The translations under genes and the position numbers were made by a program. From IMG/VR virus record IMGVR_UViG_3300045953_000290: a DNA stretch of 64,000 nucleotides, one strand, 5' to 3'. A model generated the notes under the pieces. That model saw nothing but the letters and a program-made list of their open reading frames with translations. It was not told the DNA's origin and did no database searches. This DNA is from an uncultured virus (IMG/VR IMGVR_UViG_3300045953_000290). Taxonomy: Duplodnaviria; Heunggongvirae; Uroviricota; Caudoviricetes. Every line of letters starts with the position of its first letter. Position 1 is the stretch's first letter. Shown here piece after piece: positions 27,152-36,533 of the stretch.

Positions 27152-29263
27152 ATGGCCGAACCGGAGGCCCCGTATCGCCGTACGGGCCCGCCCCCTGGTC
27201 GAGCCAGGGGCAAGCTCTGGACTCCGATCCAGGGGCAGGCCCCGCAGGGATCGGAGGCGGCAGACCGTGCCGCTCAGGCCCGTGATCGGGAGGCCCTGTT
27301 GCGCGTGGCGCGTGCCCGCTTTCGCACCGCCGAGCAGGCCGAGGCCGCCTGGCGCGCCCAGGCGCGCGATGATCTCGCCTTCCTCCAGGGGCAGCAGTGG
27401 CCCGATGCCGTCGAAGCGCAGCGCACCGCCGATGGCCGGCCCTGTCTCACCATCAATCAACTCCCCCAGTTTGTCCGGCAAGTGGTCAACGAAGAGCGCC
27501 AGAATCGGCCCAGTATCACGATACAGCCGGTGGACGACCAGGCCGACGTCGCGACCGCCGAGGTGATCGAAGGCTTGATTCGGCAGATCCAGAACGCCTC
27601 GAACGCCGATATTGCCTACGATACCGCCGCGGACAGCGTGGCCGCCTGCGGGCTGGGCTACCTACGGGTCAACGTGCGCTACGTCGGCCCCCTGAGCTTC
27701 GACCAGGAGCCCACCATCGAGCGCATCATCAACCCCCTGAGCATCTACCTCGACCCCACCAGTACCGAGCCCACCGGCGCCGACGCCAACTGGGCGTTTA
27801 TCGTGCAGGTCATGGCCAAAGATGTCTACGAGAGCCAGTACGGCCGCTTACCCCCCGAGGCAAGCGCCTGGGAAACCACCGGCGACACCTGGATTACCCC
27901 AGATACGGTGCGGGTGGCGGAGTATTACTGGCGCGAGTGGGAGGGCGTCCGCCTGGCCTTACTGGCGGATGGGAGCGTGCAGCGCGTGGACCAGCTGCCC
28001 GAGGGCGCCCCTGTGGTGCAGACCCGCACGGCGCAGATCCCCATCGTGCACTGGGCGAAAATCTGCGGCTATCAGGTGATTGAGCAAACCAGATGGCTCG
28101 GCTCGTCGCTGCCGCTGGTGCGGGTAACCGGCGAAGAACGGCTCACGGACGAGGGGCAGCTCGACTACACGGGGGTGGTGCGCCACGCCAAGGACTCGCA
28201 GTACGCCTATGACCTGTGGGCCTCAGCCGAGGCGGAAATGATTGCCCTGGCCCCGAAAGCGCCCTTTATTTTGGCCGAGGGGCAGATCGAGGGCTATGAC
28301 CAGTGGTGGGCCACGGCGAACACGCGCAATCATGCCTATTTGCCCTATAAACCGCTGACCATCGGGGGGGTGGCGGTCCCTCCCCCGCAGCGCCAGACCC
28401 TGGAGCCGCCGGTGCAAGCGATTGCCCAGGCACGGCTTCTGGCGGCGCAGGACCTCTCGACCACCACCGGCATCTATCAGCCGCAGCTCGGCCAGCAGGG
28501 CCCGCCGGGCGAAGCGGCGAGCACCGTCTACCAGCAGCGCAGCCAGGGGCAGCTCGGGCAGTTCCACTACCTGGATAACCTGCGCCGCAGTGTGCGCCGG
28601 GTGGGGCAGATCCTGGTGGAGCTGATCCCGCACCTCTACGATGGCCGCCGCGCTTTACGCATCCTGGGCCCGGACGACACCCTCAGACAGGTGATCGTGG
28701 GGGCCAGCTATGTCGATCCGCTCTCCGGATTGCCGACGCTGTACGACCTCACCGTGGGGCGGTATGACGTGGTGGTGAGCGCCGGACCGGGCTACGCCAC
28801 GAAGCGGCAGGAAGCCGTAGCCGTGATGATGCAGCTCACGCAAGCGCTGCCGGAGGTGATGGCCAATACGGTGGATTTGCTGGTCAAAAACATGGACCTG
28901 CCCGGCGGCAAGGCGCTGGTGGAGCGCTTGCAGAAGCAGTTGCCGCCCCAGCTGCAAGAGGGCGAGGGCGGCCAGCCGTCGCAGGCGCAGCAGATCCAGG
29001 AGCTGACACAGCAGGTGCAGCAGATGGGCGGGCAACTGGAGGCGCTGAATCAGTACGCGACCATGGCCGAGCGGCAACTGCAAGAACTCACGCAGCGCAA
29101 CAATGAGCTGGAGTTGCAGGTCAAGGACAAGGCCGAGCAGAACGCCCTCAAAGCGCGGGAATTGGAGATCGAGCGCGAGTATAACGCCTGGCAGATTGGC
29201 GTCAAAGAGCAGGAGCTGGCGCTCAAGGCCGAGCAGCTCAGCCGCAATGGGTCGGAGGGCTAG
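27152..29263 (+). CDS. Portal protein (P22 gp1-like)
   Basis: G.QWP, RPCLTINQL, GRYDVVV.AGP.YAT.RQEA; C-terminal coiled-coil barrel. Confidence 0.92.
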   Translation: MAEPEAPYRRTGPPPGRARGKLWTPIQGQAPQGSEAADRAAQARDREALLRVARARFRTAEQAEAAWRAQARDDLAFLQGQQWPDAVEAQRTADGRPCLTINQLPQFVRQVVNEERQNRPSITIQPVDDQADVATAEVIEGLIRQIQNASNADIAYDTAADSVAACGLGYLRVNVRYVGPLSFDQEPTIERIINPLSIYLDPTSTEPTGADANWAFIVQVMAKDVYESQYGRLPPEASAWETTGDTWITPDTVRVAEYYWREWEGVRLALLADGSVQRVDQLPEGAPVVQTRTAQIPIVHWAKICGYQVIEQTRWLGSSLPLVRVTGEERLTDEGQLDYTGVVRHAKDSQYAYDLWASAEAEMIALAPKAPFILAEGQIEGYDQWWATANTRNHAYLPYKPLTIGGVAVPPPQRQTLEPPVQAIAQARLLAAQDLSTTTGIYQPQLGQQGPPGEAASTVYQQRSQGQLGQFHYLDNLRRSVRRVGQILVELIPHLYDGRRALRILGPDDTLRQVIVGASYVDPLSGLPTLYDLTVGRYDVVVSAGPGYATKRQEAVAVMMQLTQALPEVMANTVDLLVKNMDLPGGKALVERLQKQLPPQLQEGEGGQPSQAQQIQELTQQVQQMGGQLEALNQYATMAERQLQELTQRNNELELQVKDKAEQNALKARELEIEREYNAWQIGVKEQELALKAEQLSRNGSEG

Positions 29264-29266
29264 AGG

Positions 29267-29383
29267 ATGCTCGCCTGGCTCTGGGACTGGCTGGGGTGGC
29301 TGGGGTGGTACGCCCTGGTGCTCGGCGGCTGGTGGGGCTGGTTCCGGGCGCATCAGCGGGCCGGCCGACTGGATCGCGAGCTG
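29267..29383 (+). CDS. Very small Trp-rich membrane peptide
   Basis: ATG CTC GCC TGG ... TGA; MLAWLWDWLGWLGWYALVLGG. Confidence 0.35.
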
Positions 29384-29516
29384 ACCCGACTGGCGCACGC
29401 TCTGCGGTATACGGACCGCTCCAGGTCTTGACAAGTGCCGGAGAACCTTGTGTAATTAGCCGCAAACTTTCTGCGCTCCCGGTGCCTAGCTAGCGCCGGT
29501 TGAGCGCGCGCCTTGC

Positions 29517-29560
29517 AAGGCAGGTGAAGGTCACGTGACACCTTCGCCTGCCTTTTTTTT
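29517..29560 (+). terminator. Intrinsic terminator inside the scaffold leader
   Basis: aaggcaggtgaagg...ccttcgcctgcc followed by T8. Confidence 0.75.
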
Positions 29561-29614
29561 GCGCTCGGCAGGGCGCAGAAAGTCCCCCAACGCCTCATAG
29601 GAGCGACCCATCCT

Positions 29615-30598
29615 ATGCCGATCACGGTCACCGAACCCGGCCCTGATGGCACGCTGCAGACTGTGGCCGAGCCATCCCCCGACCCGGCTGCGCCCCCTCC
29701 CGGTGAGGTGGGCGACCCTGGTGCCTCAGCCCCGCCGCCTGCCCCTGCGCCCCCGGCTGTGCCCGCTCCTGCGGAGACTGGGCAGTCCTCCGAATCAGCC
29801 CCGGATGTTCCCGCGACCCCTATGCCCCCGGAGGACCACGACGAGGACAGCCGTGCAGAGCCGATGACGAGCAAGCAAGAGCGGAGTTTCGCTCGCATGC
29901 GCCGTGATCGGGAAGAGGCCCGCCGCGACGCCGCCGCCTTGAAGGCCCAGCTCGCCATGCTGGAGCAAGGCTACCGGAAACCGCCTGCCGAGACGCCCCC
30001 GGTGCCGCTGCACCAGCAACCCGAACCGCGCGAAGAAGACTACCCCTCGCAGCAGGAGTGGTTCAAAGCCGTGCGGGACTGGGACAAGGCGCAACTGAAG
30101 CAGGAATTGGCCCTGGAGCAGCAGGCCGCCCGCCAGCAGCAGGCCGAGCAGCAGCGCCTGAGCCGCCTGCAGGAGCAAGCCACCGCGGCGCGCCAGAAGT
30201 ATGCCGATTTTGATGCCGTGCTGGACCGCTTGAGCGGCATCTATAGCGCTCCGGCGCTGGATGCCTGCGTGCAGGACAGCGAGCTCGGCGCCGAACTGGC
30301 CTACTACCTGGCGCAGCACCCCGACGAGATCACGCGCCTGAACGAGGTGGCGCGCGAGCGCCCGCTGGCCATGGCGCGCGAGATCGGCAAGATCGAGATG
30401 CGGCTCAGCCCGCCCCCGAACGGCACCAGTCCCCGTCCGACGCCTCCGACCCCCAAACCTGCCCCGCCGACGCCGCTCAGTGGCGCCGGGAATCCGGGGC
30501 CGCGAACGCTCTACGACATGACCGAGGAGGAAATTATGGCCATGTCGCAGAAAGAATACGATGCGATCTATAAGCGCATGTATCCGGATTCGCGGTAA
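29615..30598 (+). CDS. Scaffolding protein
   Basis: Pro/acidic N-terminus, coiled coil, GAELAYYLA.HP and EIGKIE motifs; located between portal and coat. Confidence 0.85.
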   Translation: MPITVTEPGPDGTLQTVAEPSPDPAAPPPGEVGDPGASAPPPAPAPPAVPAPAETGQSSESAPDVPATPMPPEDHDEDSRAEPMTSKQERSFARMRRDREEARRDAAALKAQLAMLEQGYRKPPAETPPVPLHQQPEPREEDYPSQQEWFKAVRDWDKAQLKQELALEQQAARQQQAEQQRLSRLQEQATAARQKYADFDAVLDRLSGIYSAPALDACVQDSELGAELAYYLAQHPDEITRLNEVARERPLAMAREIGKIEMRLSPPPNGTSPRPTPPTPKPAPPTPLSGAGNPGPRTLYDMTEEEIMAMSQKEYDAIYKRMYPDSR

Positions 30599-30619
30599 AG
30601 GAGGAAAGCGAGGCCCATT

Positions 30620-31837
30620 GTGCCCAACACGCTGCTCACGATCTCGATGGTCACCCGCCGCGCGCTGTCGATCCTGCGCAACAACCTGAAGATGGCGAGC
30701 CAGGTGAACCGCAGTTACGATAATCAATTCGCCCAATCCGGCGCCAAAATCGGCGCCACCCTAAACATCCGGGCGCCGGCCCGCTTTACCGTGCAAAATG
30801 GCCCGAGTGTGACGCCGCAGGACTACATCGAGACCTCGACGCCGCTCACCATCCAGTGGCAGCCGGTGGTGCCCGTGCAGTTCACCTCGGCCGAGCGCGC
30901 CCTGTCCCTCGACGACTATAGCCAGCGTGTCCTCGAGCCGGCCATTGCCACCCTCGCCAACGACGTCGACCGCAAGGTCTGCGAGCTGTACAGTAGCGTC
31001 TGGAATAGCGTCGAAATCCCGCAAGCGACCACCAACTACTTTCTGCCCTTCCTGCAGGCCGGCGCCCGGCTCGACGACAACGCCGCGCCGCGCGACCGCT
31101 TTCGCAGTGTGGTGATCGGGCCGTGGCAACAGGTCGATGTGGTCGATCAACTGAAGGGGCTCTTCCAATCGTCCGAGCAGATTGCCAACCAGTACGAGAC
31201 GGGCACCATGGGCCTCGCCGGCGGCTGGCGCTGGTCGATGGACCAAAACATCGTGACGCATACGGTGGGCCCGCTCGGGGGCGCCCCGGCGGTGAATACC
31301 AACAGTCAGACCGGCAGCAGTCTGCTCACCGATGGCTGGACGGCCGCGGCGGCATTACGGGTGCGCAAAGGCGATGTGTTCACCATCGACGACGTCTACA
31401 GCGTCAATCCCCAGACCAAACAATCGACGGGCAAGCTGCAACAGTTCGTTGCCACGGCCAACGCCTCGTCCGATATCGGCGGCGCCGCGACGCTCAGTAT
31501 TCAACCGGCCATCACCGTGACCGGGCCGTACCAGACGGTCACGGCCAGTCCGGTGGATGGCGCCGCGCTCACCTTTGTCGGCACGGCCAACACGCCCTAT
31601 GTGCAGGGGCTGGCCTTCCACCGCGATGCCTTTACGCTGGCCTCGGTGGATCTCGATCTGCCGAGCCAGAGCGCCGAGGCCAGCCGGGCCACGGATGACC
31701 AGCTCGGCATCAGTTTACGCGTGACGCGTCAGTGGGCCGCGCTCTCCGATCAATGGATCACCCGCGTCGAAATGCTCCATGGCGAATCGGTCCCACGGCC
31801 GGAATGGGCCTGCCGGCTCTGGCAAGCCGTGGCGTGA
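30620..31837 (+). CDS. Major capsid protein (P22 coat-like)
   Basis: NTLLTISMVT..AL..L.NNL, KIGATLNIR.P, AFHRDAF.LA. Confidence 0.92.
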   Translation: MPNTLLTISMVTRRALSILRNNLKMASQVNRSYDNQFAQSGAKIGATLNIRAPARFTVQNGPSVTPQDYIETSTPLTIQWQPVVPVQFTSAERALSLDDYSQRVLEPAIATLANDVDRKVCELYSSVWNSVEIPQATTNYFLPFLQAGARLDDNAAPRDRFRSVVIGPWQQVDVVDQLKGLFQSSEQIANQYETGTMGLAGGWRWSMDQNIVTHTVGPLGGAPAVNTNSQTGSSLLTDGWTAAAALRVRKGDVFTIDDVYSVNPQTKQSTGKLQQFVATANASSDIGGAATLSIQPAITVTGPYQTVTASPVDGAALTFVGTANTPYVQGLAFHRDAFTLASVDLDLPSQSAEASRATDDQLGISLRVTRQWAALSDQWITRVEMLHGESVPRPEWACRLWQAVA

Positions 31838-31885
31838 CGGGCGACGCCCACGGGCGACGCCCACGGGCGACGCCCACGGGCGACG
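31837..31885. repeat. 13-bp tandem repeat (acgggcgacgccc), ~3.8 copies
   Basis: Directly after the coat stop codon. Confidence 0.85.
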
Positions 31886-31902
31886 AAAGAGGGAGGTGTC
31901 TG

Positions 31903-32214
31903 ATGGCTGAGCGCCCGTCCACGTTGCCCACCTGGCGTTTCTGGCCGGATGGCCGGGCGCGGATCGTCCATACGCTCGACGAGTGGGACGCCTTGGAGCC
32001 GGGGCACGCGGACAGTCGGGCGGGGCCCTTTCCTGCCGTGCCGGAGGCCCCGGCGCCGGCGGATCGCCGTCCGGGCCCGACACGGGAGCAGCCGAGTGAG
32101 TGGCAGCGGATACGAGATCTCCAGGCTGAGGGGATGAGTCAGCAGGCCATGGCGGAGACGTTGGGGATCAGTCGCGCCAGGGTGCGCCGCTTGCTGGAGG
32201 AGGAGGCCCCGTGA
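31903..32214 (+). CDS. Small virion-region protein with C-terminal HTH
   Basis: GGAGG RBS; GMSQQAMAETLGISRARVRR. Confidence 0.65.
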   Translation: MAERPSTLPTWRFWPDGRARIVHTLDEWDALEPGHADSRAGPFPAVPEAPAPADRRPGPTREQPSEWQRIRDLQAEGMSQQAMAETLGISRARVRRLLEEEAP

Positions 32215-32939
32215 CCACCGCGCGCGCCCTGATTGCCAGCACGCTCCGGCTGCTTGGCGTCCTGGCGTCCAACGAGCCGCCGACCGCCGAGGAAGCCTTT
32301 GACGGCTTGCAGACGCTGAATCAGCTCGTGGACTCGTGGAGCAATGAGCGGCTCACCCTCTACGCCATCGAGCGCCTGGACGTGCCCTTGATCGTCGGCC
32401 AGGCGCTCTATACGTGGGGCGTGCCAGGGGGGATGATTGCGCACCCGCGCCCGCTCCAGGTCGAAGGCGTGGTGCTGCGGCTCACCGATCAACCGGATAT
32501 GGAATGGCCCCTCACCGCATACAGCCAGGCGGAGTATCAGGCGTTAGCGCAGAAGGGCATGACGAGCCTGTATCCGCAGCTGTGGCAGTACACCCCGACG
32601 TATCCGCTGGGGGAGCTGCGGATGTGGCCGGTGCCGCAGCAGGCGCACACGCTGGGGCTGTTCCCGTGGGTGCCACTCACGCGGTTTGCGTCACTCGATA
32701 CGGAGCTGACGTTTCCGCCGGGGTATGAGCGCGCGTTACGCTTCGGCCTGGCGCTCGACCTGGCGCCCGAGTACGACCGTGAGGCGTCCACCGCCCTCGT
32801 CGGGGCGTTTGCCCAGGCCTTTTCCGCGATCAAGCGCACCAATACGGTCGTGCCCACCCTGGGGATGGACCCGGCGATGAGCGGCCGGCAGGCCGGGGCG
32901 TGGGAGGCGTCGAGCGGGCACTATGTCTGGAGGCGGTAA
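32211..32939 (+). CDS. Head-tail adaptor (P22 gp4-like)
   Basis: LRLLGVLA..E.PTAEE..DGL..LN, P.GYE.AL...LA..LAPEY. Confidence 0.8.
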   Translation: MTTARALIASTLRLLGVLASNEPPTAEEAFDGLQTLNQLVDSWSNERLTLYAIERLDVPLIVGQALYTWGVPGGMIAHPRPLQVEGVVLRLTDQPDMEWPLTAYSQAEYQALAQKGMTSLYPQLWQYTPTYPLGELRMWPVPQQAHTLGLFPWVPLTRFASLDTELTFPPGYERALRFGLALDLAPEYDREASTALVGAFAQAFSAIKRTNTVVPTLGMDPAMSGRQAGAWEASSGHYVWRR

Positions 32940-34375
32940 TGGACTTCCAGGGGTTTTGCGGGCCAGGCTATCGCTCAAGAAGCCTGGATGTCAGTCCTGA
33001 CAGAACCATAAACCTGTTCACCGAGGTCTGCGCCAGCGGCGTGCGTCCCCCGACGCTGGCCCTGTACGGGATTCCCGGCCTACGGCGGCGGGCACACGCG
33101 ACCGTGGGACCGATTCGCGGCCTCTATACCAGCACCACCGGGCGCACCTTCGTCGTCGCCGGTCCCACGCTATACGAGCTGGCCAGCGCCGGCCCGCTGG
33201 TGGCGCGTGGGACGCTCCAGAGCCGCGCGGGGCTCGTCTCCATGGCCGATAATGGCCTGATGGTGGCCCTGGTGGACGGCACCCAGGGGTATGGCCTGAC
33301 GCTGGCGACGAACGCCTTCAGCGCCAACGCCGACCCGGATTTCCGCCCGGGACGGACCATCGGCTTCCTGGACGGACGCTTCGTCTGGGACATTGCTGGC
33401 ACCGGCCAGTATCAGTGGAGCGAGCTCTATAGCCCGAGTATCGACGGCCTCGCCTTTGCCACCGCCGAAGCACGCGCCGATCCGCTCGTCGGGCTGCTGG
33501 TCGATCACCGCGAGCTGTGGCTCTTTGGCACGCAGACGACGGAAGTCCTGTACTCGACCGGCGATCCCTTCACGCCCTTTCAGCGGCTGCCGGGCGGCCT
33601 GATGGAAGTCGGCAGTGTCGGACCGTACGTGGCGCGCTCCCTCGTGGGTCAGGTGTTCTGGGTGACCAGCAGCCCGCGCGGGCACGGCACCGTGGTGCAG
33701 GCCCAGGGCTATCAGCCGCAGCGGATCAGTACGCCGCCGGTGGAGTGGGCGTTGGCGCAGTCGACGCGCCTGGCGGAGGCCGTTGGCCTGACGTATGCGC
33801 AGGAGGGGCATAGCTGGTACGGGTTGTATGTGCCGGACCTGGAAACCTCCTGGTGGTATGATCTCTCGACGCAGCACTGGAGTGAGCGCGGGACGCTGGT
33901 GGCCAACAGTCTCCGGCTCCCCGAGCCGGACCCGGTGTGGTATCCGTGGCGCCCGTACCTGCACACGTTTGCCTTCGGGCAGCATCTGGTGGGCAGTTGG
34001 GAGGACGGCACGCTGTACACCCTGGACCCGACCTGCTATACGGATGACACGTTCCCGCTGGTGCGCCAGCGGGTCACCCCGGTGCTCCGGCAGGAGCAGG
34101 AGTGGCTGACGCTCCAGCGCTTGCGGGTGCTCATGGAGACGGGCATCGGCCTGGACGGCGGGGTGGTGCCAGGGACGGACCCGCAGGTCCTGTTACGGCT
34201 GTCCCGCGATAACGGCCACACGTGGGACAATGGCCGCTGGGCCACGGCGCACCGCCAGGGGCAGTATGGCCGGACGGTGGAGTGGCGGCGCTTAGGGCGG
34301 GCGCGGCAGCTCGTGGCCGAAGTGACCGTGAGTGATCCGGTGCCTGTGGCGTTTATCGGCGCATCGATTGCGTAG
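32939..34375 (+). CDS. Tail hub/DNA stabilisation protein (P22 gp10-like)
   Basis: FATAE..ADP, LWLFG..TTEV, RISTPPVE, LSRDNGHTW, WRRLG. Confidence 0.88.
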   Translation: MDFQGFCGPGYRSRSLDVSPDRTINLFTEVCASGVRPPTLALYGIPGLRRRAHATVGPIRGLYTSTTGRTFVVAGPTLYELASAGPLVARGTLQSRAGLVSMADNGLMVALVDGTQGYGLTLATNAFSANADPDFRPGRTIGFLDGRFVWDIAGTGQYQWSELYSPSIDGLAFATAEARADPLVGLLVDHRELWLFGTQTTEVLYSTGDPFTPFQRLPGGLMEVGSVGPYVARSLVGQVFWVTSSPRGHGTVVQAQGYQPQRISTPPVEWALAQSTRLAEAVGLTYAQEGHSWYGLYVPDLETSWWYDLSTQHWSERGTLVANSLRLPEPDPVWYPWRPYLHTFAFGQHLVGSWEDGTLYTLDPTCYTDDTFPLVRQRVTPVLRQEQEWLTLQRLRVLMETGIGLDGGVVPGTDPQVLLRLSRDNGHTWDNGRWATAHRQGQYGRTVEWRRLGRARQLVAEVTVSDPVPVAFIGASIA

Positions 34376-34384
34376 GAGGTCCCC

Positions 34385-34957
34385 ATGCCCACCACCTTGG
34401 CCCCGGTCCTGTTGCAAGCCCCCGTGGTCGACCGGGACACGCTCCGCCTGTCGCGCCCGTGGCTGGCCTGGTTCCAGCAATCGTACGAACGGCAGGGCGG
34501 GCAGGAAGCCGCGACCAATACGGAGTTAGCCGGCGGCGTCCTCCTCAATGCCGGGCACATCAGCCAGGTGGAAGACGATCTCGGCAGCACCAATACCACG
34601 GTGGAGGGCCTGGAGGCGGAACTGACGGCGTTGCAGGCATCGTTCCTCGATCTCGCCGCCGACGTCGAGGCCCTCACCGGACGGGTGACCACCCTGGAGG
34701 GCACGGTCAGCGCGCTGGAGACGAGCCAGGCCGATCAGGAGACGCGGCTTCAGGCGCTGGAGGCGTGGCGCGCGGCGGTGGTGGCGGGTTTACCCGCGGT
34801 GGTGAGTGTGACCGCGCTGCCGACGTTGACCGACGCCCCGGCGAGTGCGGACGCCTTACGCGATAATCTCACCAGTGCCTGGGAAGGCGTGTTAGAGACG
34901 AATGATGCCGGGTTAGCGACCGGGGTGAACGCGATCCGCAATGCGCTGGCGGCGTGA
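34385..34957 (+). CDS. Tail needle-like coiled coil (gp26-position)
   Basis: SRPWLAWF N-terminus; heptad repeats. Confidence 0.65.
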   Translation: MPTTLAPVLLQAPVVDRDTLRLSRPWLAWFQQSYERQGGQEAATNTELAGGVLLNAGHISQVEDDLGSTNTTVEGLEAELTALQASFLDLAADVEALTGRVTTLEGTVSALETSQADQETRLQALEAWRAAVVAGLPAVVSVTALPTLTDAPASADALRDNLTSAWEGVLETNDAGLATGVNAIRNALAA

Positions 34958-34960
34958 GCC

Positions 34961-35656
34961 ATGGTGCGTATCTGGGATCTCGTCAGGCCGCTGGTGACGT
35001 GGAGCCGGGCGGAGCGCGAGCGGCGGTTGTTTCACGTGTGTGTGCAGGTGCAGGCGCGGCTCCTGGCGCGCTATCCGGACTATCACACGACGGAGGTCTA
35101 CGTGATCCCCCCCGCGGTGGCTGCCGAGGTGCAGACGATGCTCACGACCCTGGTGCCCCGCACGGACGCCCTGGCCCGCCGGGAGCAGATCCTGGCCTTT
35201 GAAGCCACGCTCCGGCAGCATCCCCGGGCCGTGCACGGCGATAGCGAGCAGTTTCCTCTGACGCACTATTTCGCGCCAGGCATGTACTTGCGGGCGATCC
35301 AGATTCCGGCGGGATCGCTGCTGGTGGGGAAGATCCACAAGCAGGCGCACCTGGTGGTGCTCCTGCAAGGCGCCCTGCGGCTCTATACCGAGGCCGGGGG
35401 GCTCCAGGAGGTGCGTGCGCCGCAGGTGCTCCAGTCGCCGGCCGGCGCCAAACGCGCCGCGCTGGCCCTGGAAGATACGGTCTGGGTGACCTGTCACGCC
35501 AACCCGTCCGACACCCAGGATCTGGCGGCGTTGGAAGCCGAGATCATTGCCCCCTCATTTGCCGCCTATGCGGCGTGGCGGACGGCGCTGGACGCCGGAG
35601 AGCCCTGGCCTGAACGCAAAGGAGACGATGGATGTCATTTCTTGCCGCGGCCGTAG
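34961..35656 (+). CDS. Cupin-like phage protein
   Basis: HYFAPGMYLR...GKIHK..H. Confidence 0.7.
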   Translation: MVRIWDLVRPLVTWSRAERERRLFHVCVQVQARLLARYPDYHTTEVYVIPPAVAAEVQTMLTTLVPRTDALARREQILAFEATLRQHPRAVHGDSEQFPLTHYFAPGMYLRAIQIPAGSLLVGKIHKQAHLVVLLQGALRLYTEAGGLQEVRAPQVLQSPAGAKRAALALEDTVWVTCHANPSDTQDLAALEAEIIAPSFAAYAAWRTALDAGEPWPERKGDDGCHFLPRP

Positions 35657-36510
35657 CCGGCGGTGTGGCGATAGCGGGTGCGGTGGCAACCTCCGCCATC
35701 CAGTCGAGTGCCGCCAAAAAGGCCGCCAAAATGCAGGCCGAGTCCGCCGATGAGGCGACCGCCCTGCAACGCGAGATGTGGGCGCAAGGGCGCGCCGACC
35801 TGGCGCCGTGGCGCGAAGCCGGGGCATGGGCCCTGCCGCGCCTGCAACAGATGATCACGCAGGGGCCCGGGCAGCCGTTTCAGGCGCCGCGCGGGCTCGA
35901 TCCGCGGCAGTACACCTTCGTGCCCCCGACCGCCGCGACGCTCCAACAGGACCCCGGCTTCCAGTTCCGCCTCCAGACGGGGATGCAAGCCCTCGAAGGC
36001 AGTGCCGCGGCGCGCGGCGGGCTGCTCAGTGGCGGGGCCCTGCGCGGGGCGCTGGACCTCGGCCAGCAGATGGGCAGCCAGGAGTACGGCGCGGCATACG
36101 GGCGCGCCCTGGGACAGAATGAACTGCGCTATGGCCGGGCGCTGACGGCCAATCAGGATCAGTACAACCGCGCCTTGCAACAGTGGCAGCTCGGGCAGGG
36201 GCTGCGGGAGACGCAGTACAACCGCCTGGCCGGACTCTCGGGGACGGGGCAGACGACGAGCCAGTACCTGGGCGGTCTGGGGGCGAACTATGCGGCCAAT
36301 GCCGGGGAACTGGCCCTGCAACGGGGCAACGTACTGGCCGCCGGGCAGATCGGCAGCGCCAATGCCTGGGGGAATTTTGCCAACACGACGGCGAATACCC
36401 TGGGGAGCCTGGCGGGGATGTACATGCATCGGCCAGCCCCGCCGCCGGGGCAGGTGGGCTATGGCTACAATCCCACCAGTGTGCCGTACGATCCGTGGGA
36501 ATTTGCCTGA
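35632..36510 (+). CDS. Ejection protein (gp7-like)
   Basis: DPGFQFRL..G..AL..SAAARGGLLSG. Confidence 0.8.
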   Translation: MSFLAAAVAGGVAIAGAVATSAIQSSAAKKAAKMQAESADEATALQREMWAQGRADLAPWREAGAWALPRLQQMITQGPGQPFQAPRGLDPRQYTFVPPTAATLQQDPGFQFRLQTGMQALEGSAAARGGLLSGGALRGALDLGQQMGSQEYGAAYGRALGQNELRYGRALTANQDQYNRALQQWQLGQGLRETQYNRLAGLSGTGQTTSQYLGGLGANYAANAGELALQRGNVLAAGQIGSANAWGNFANTTANTLGSLAGMYMHRPAPPPGQVGYGYNPTSVPYDPWEFA

Positions 36511-36533
36511 TAACAGGGCGAAAGGGTGAAGCA

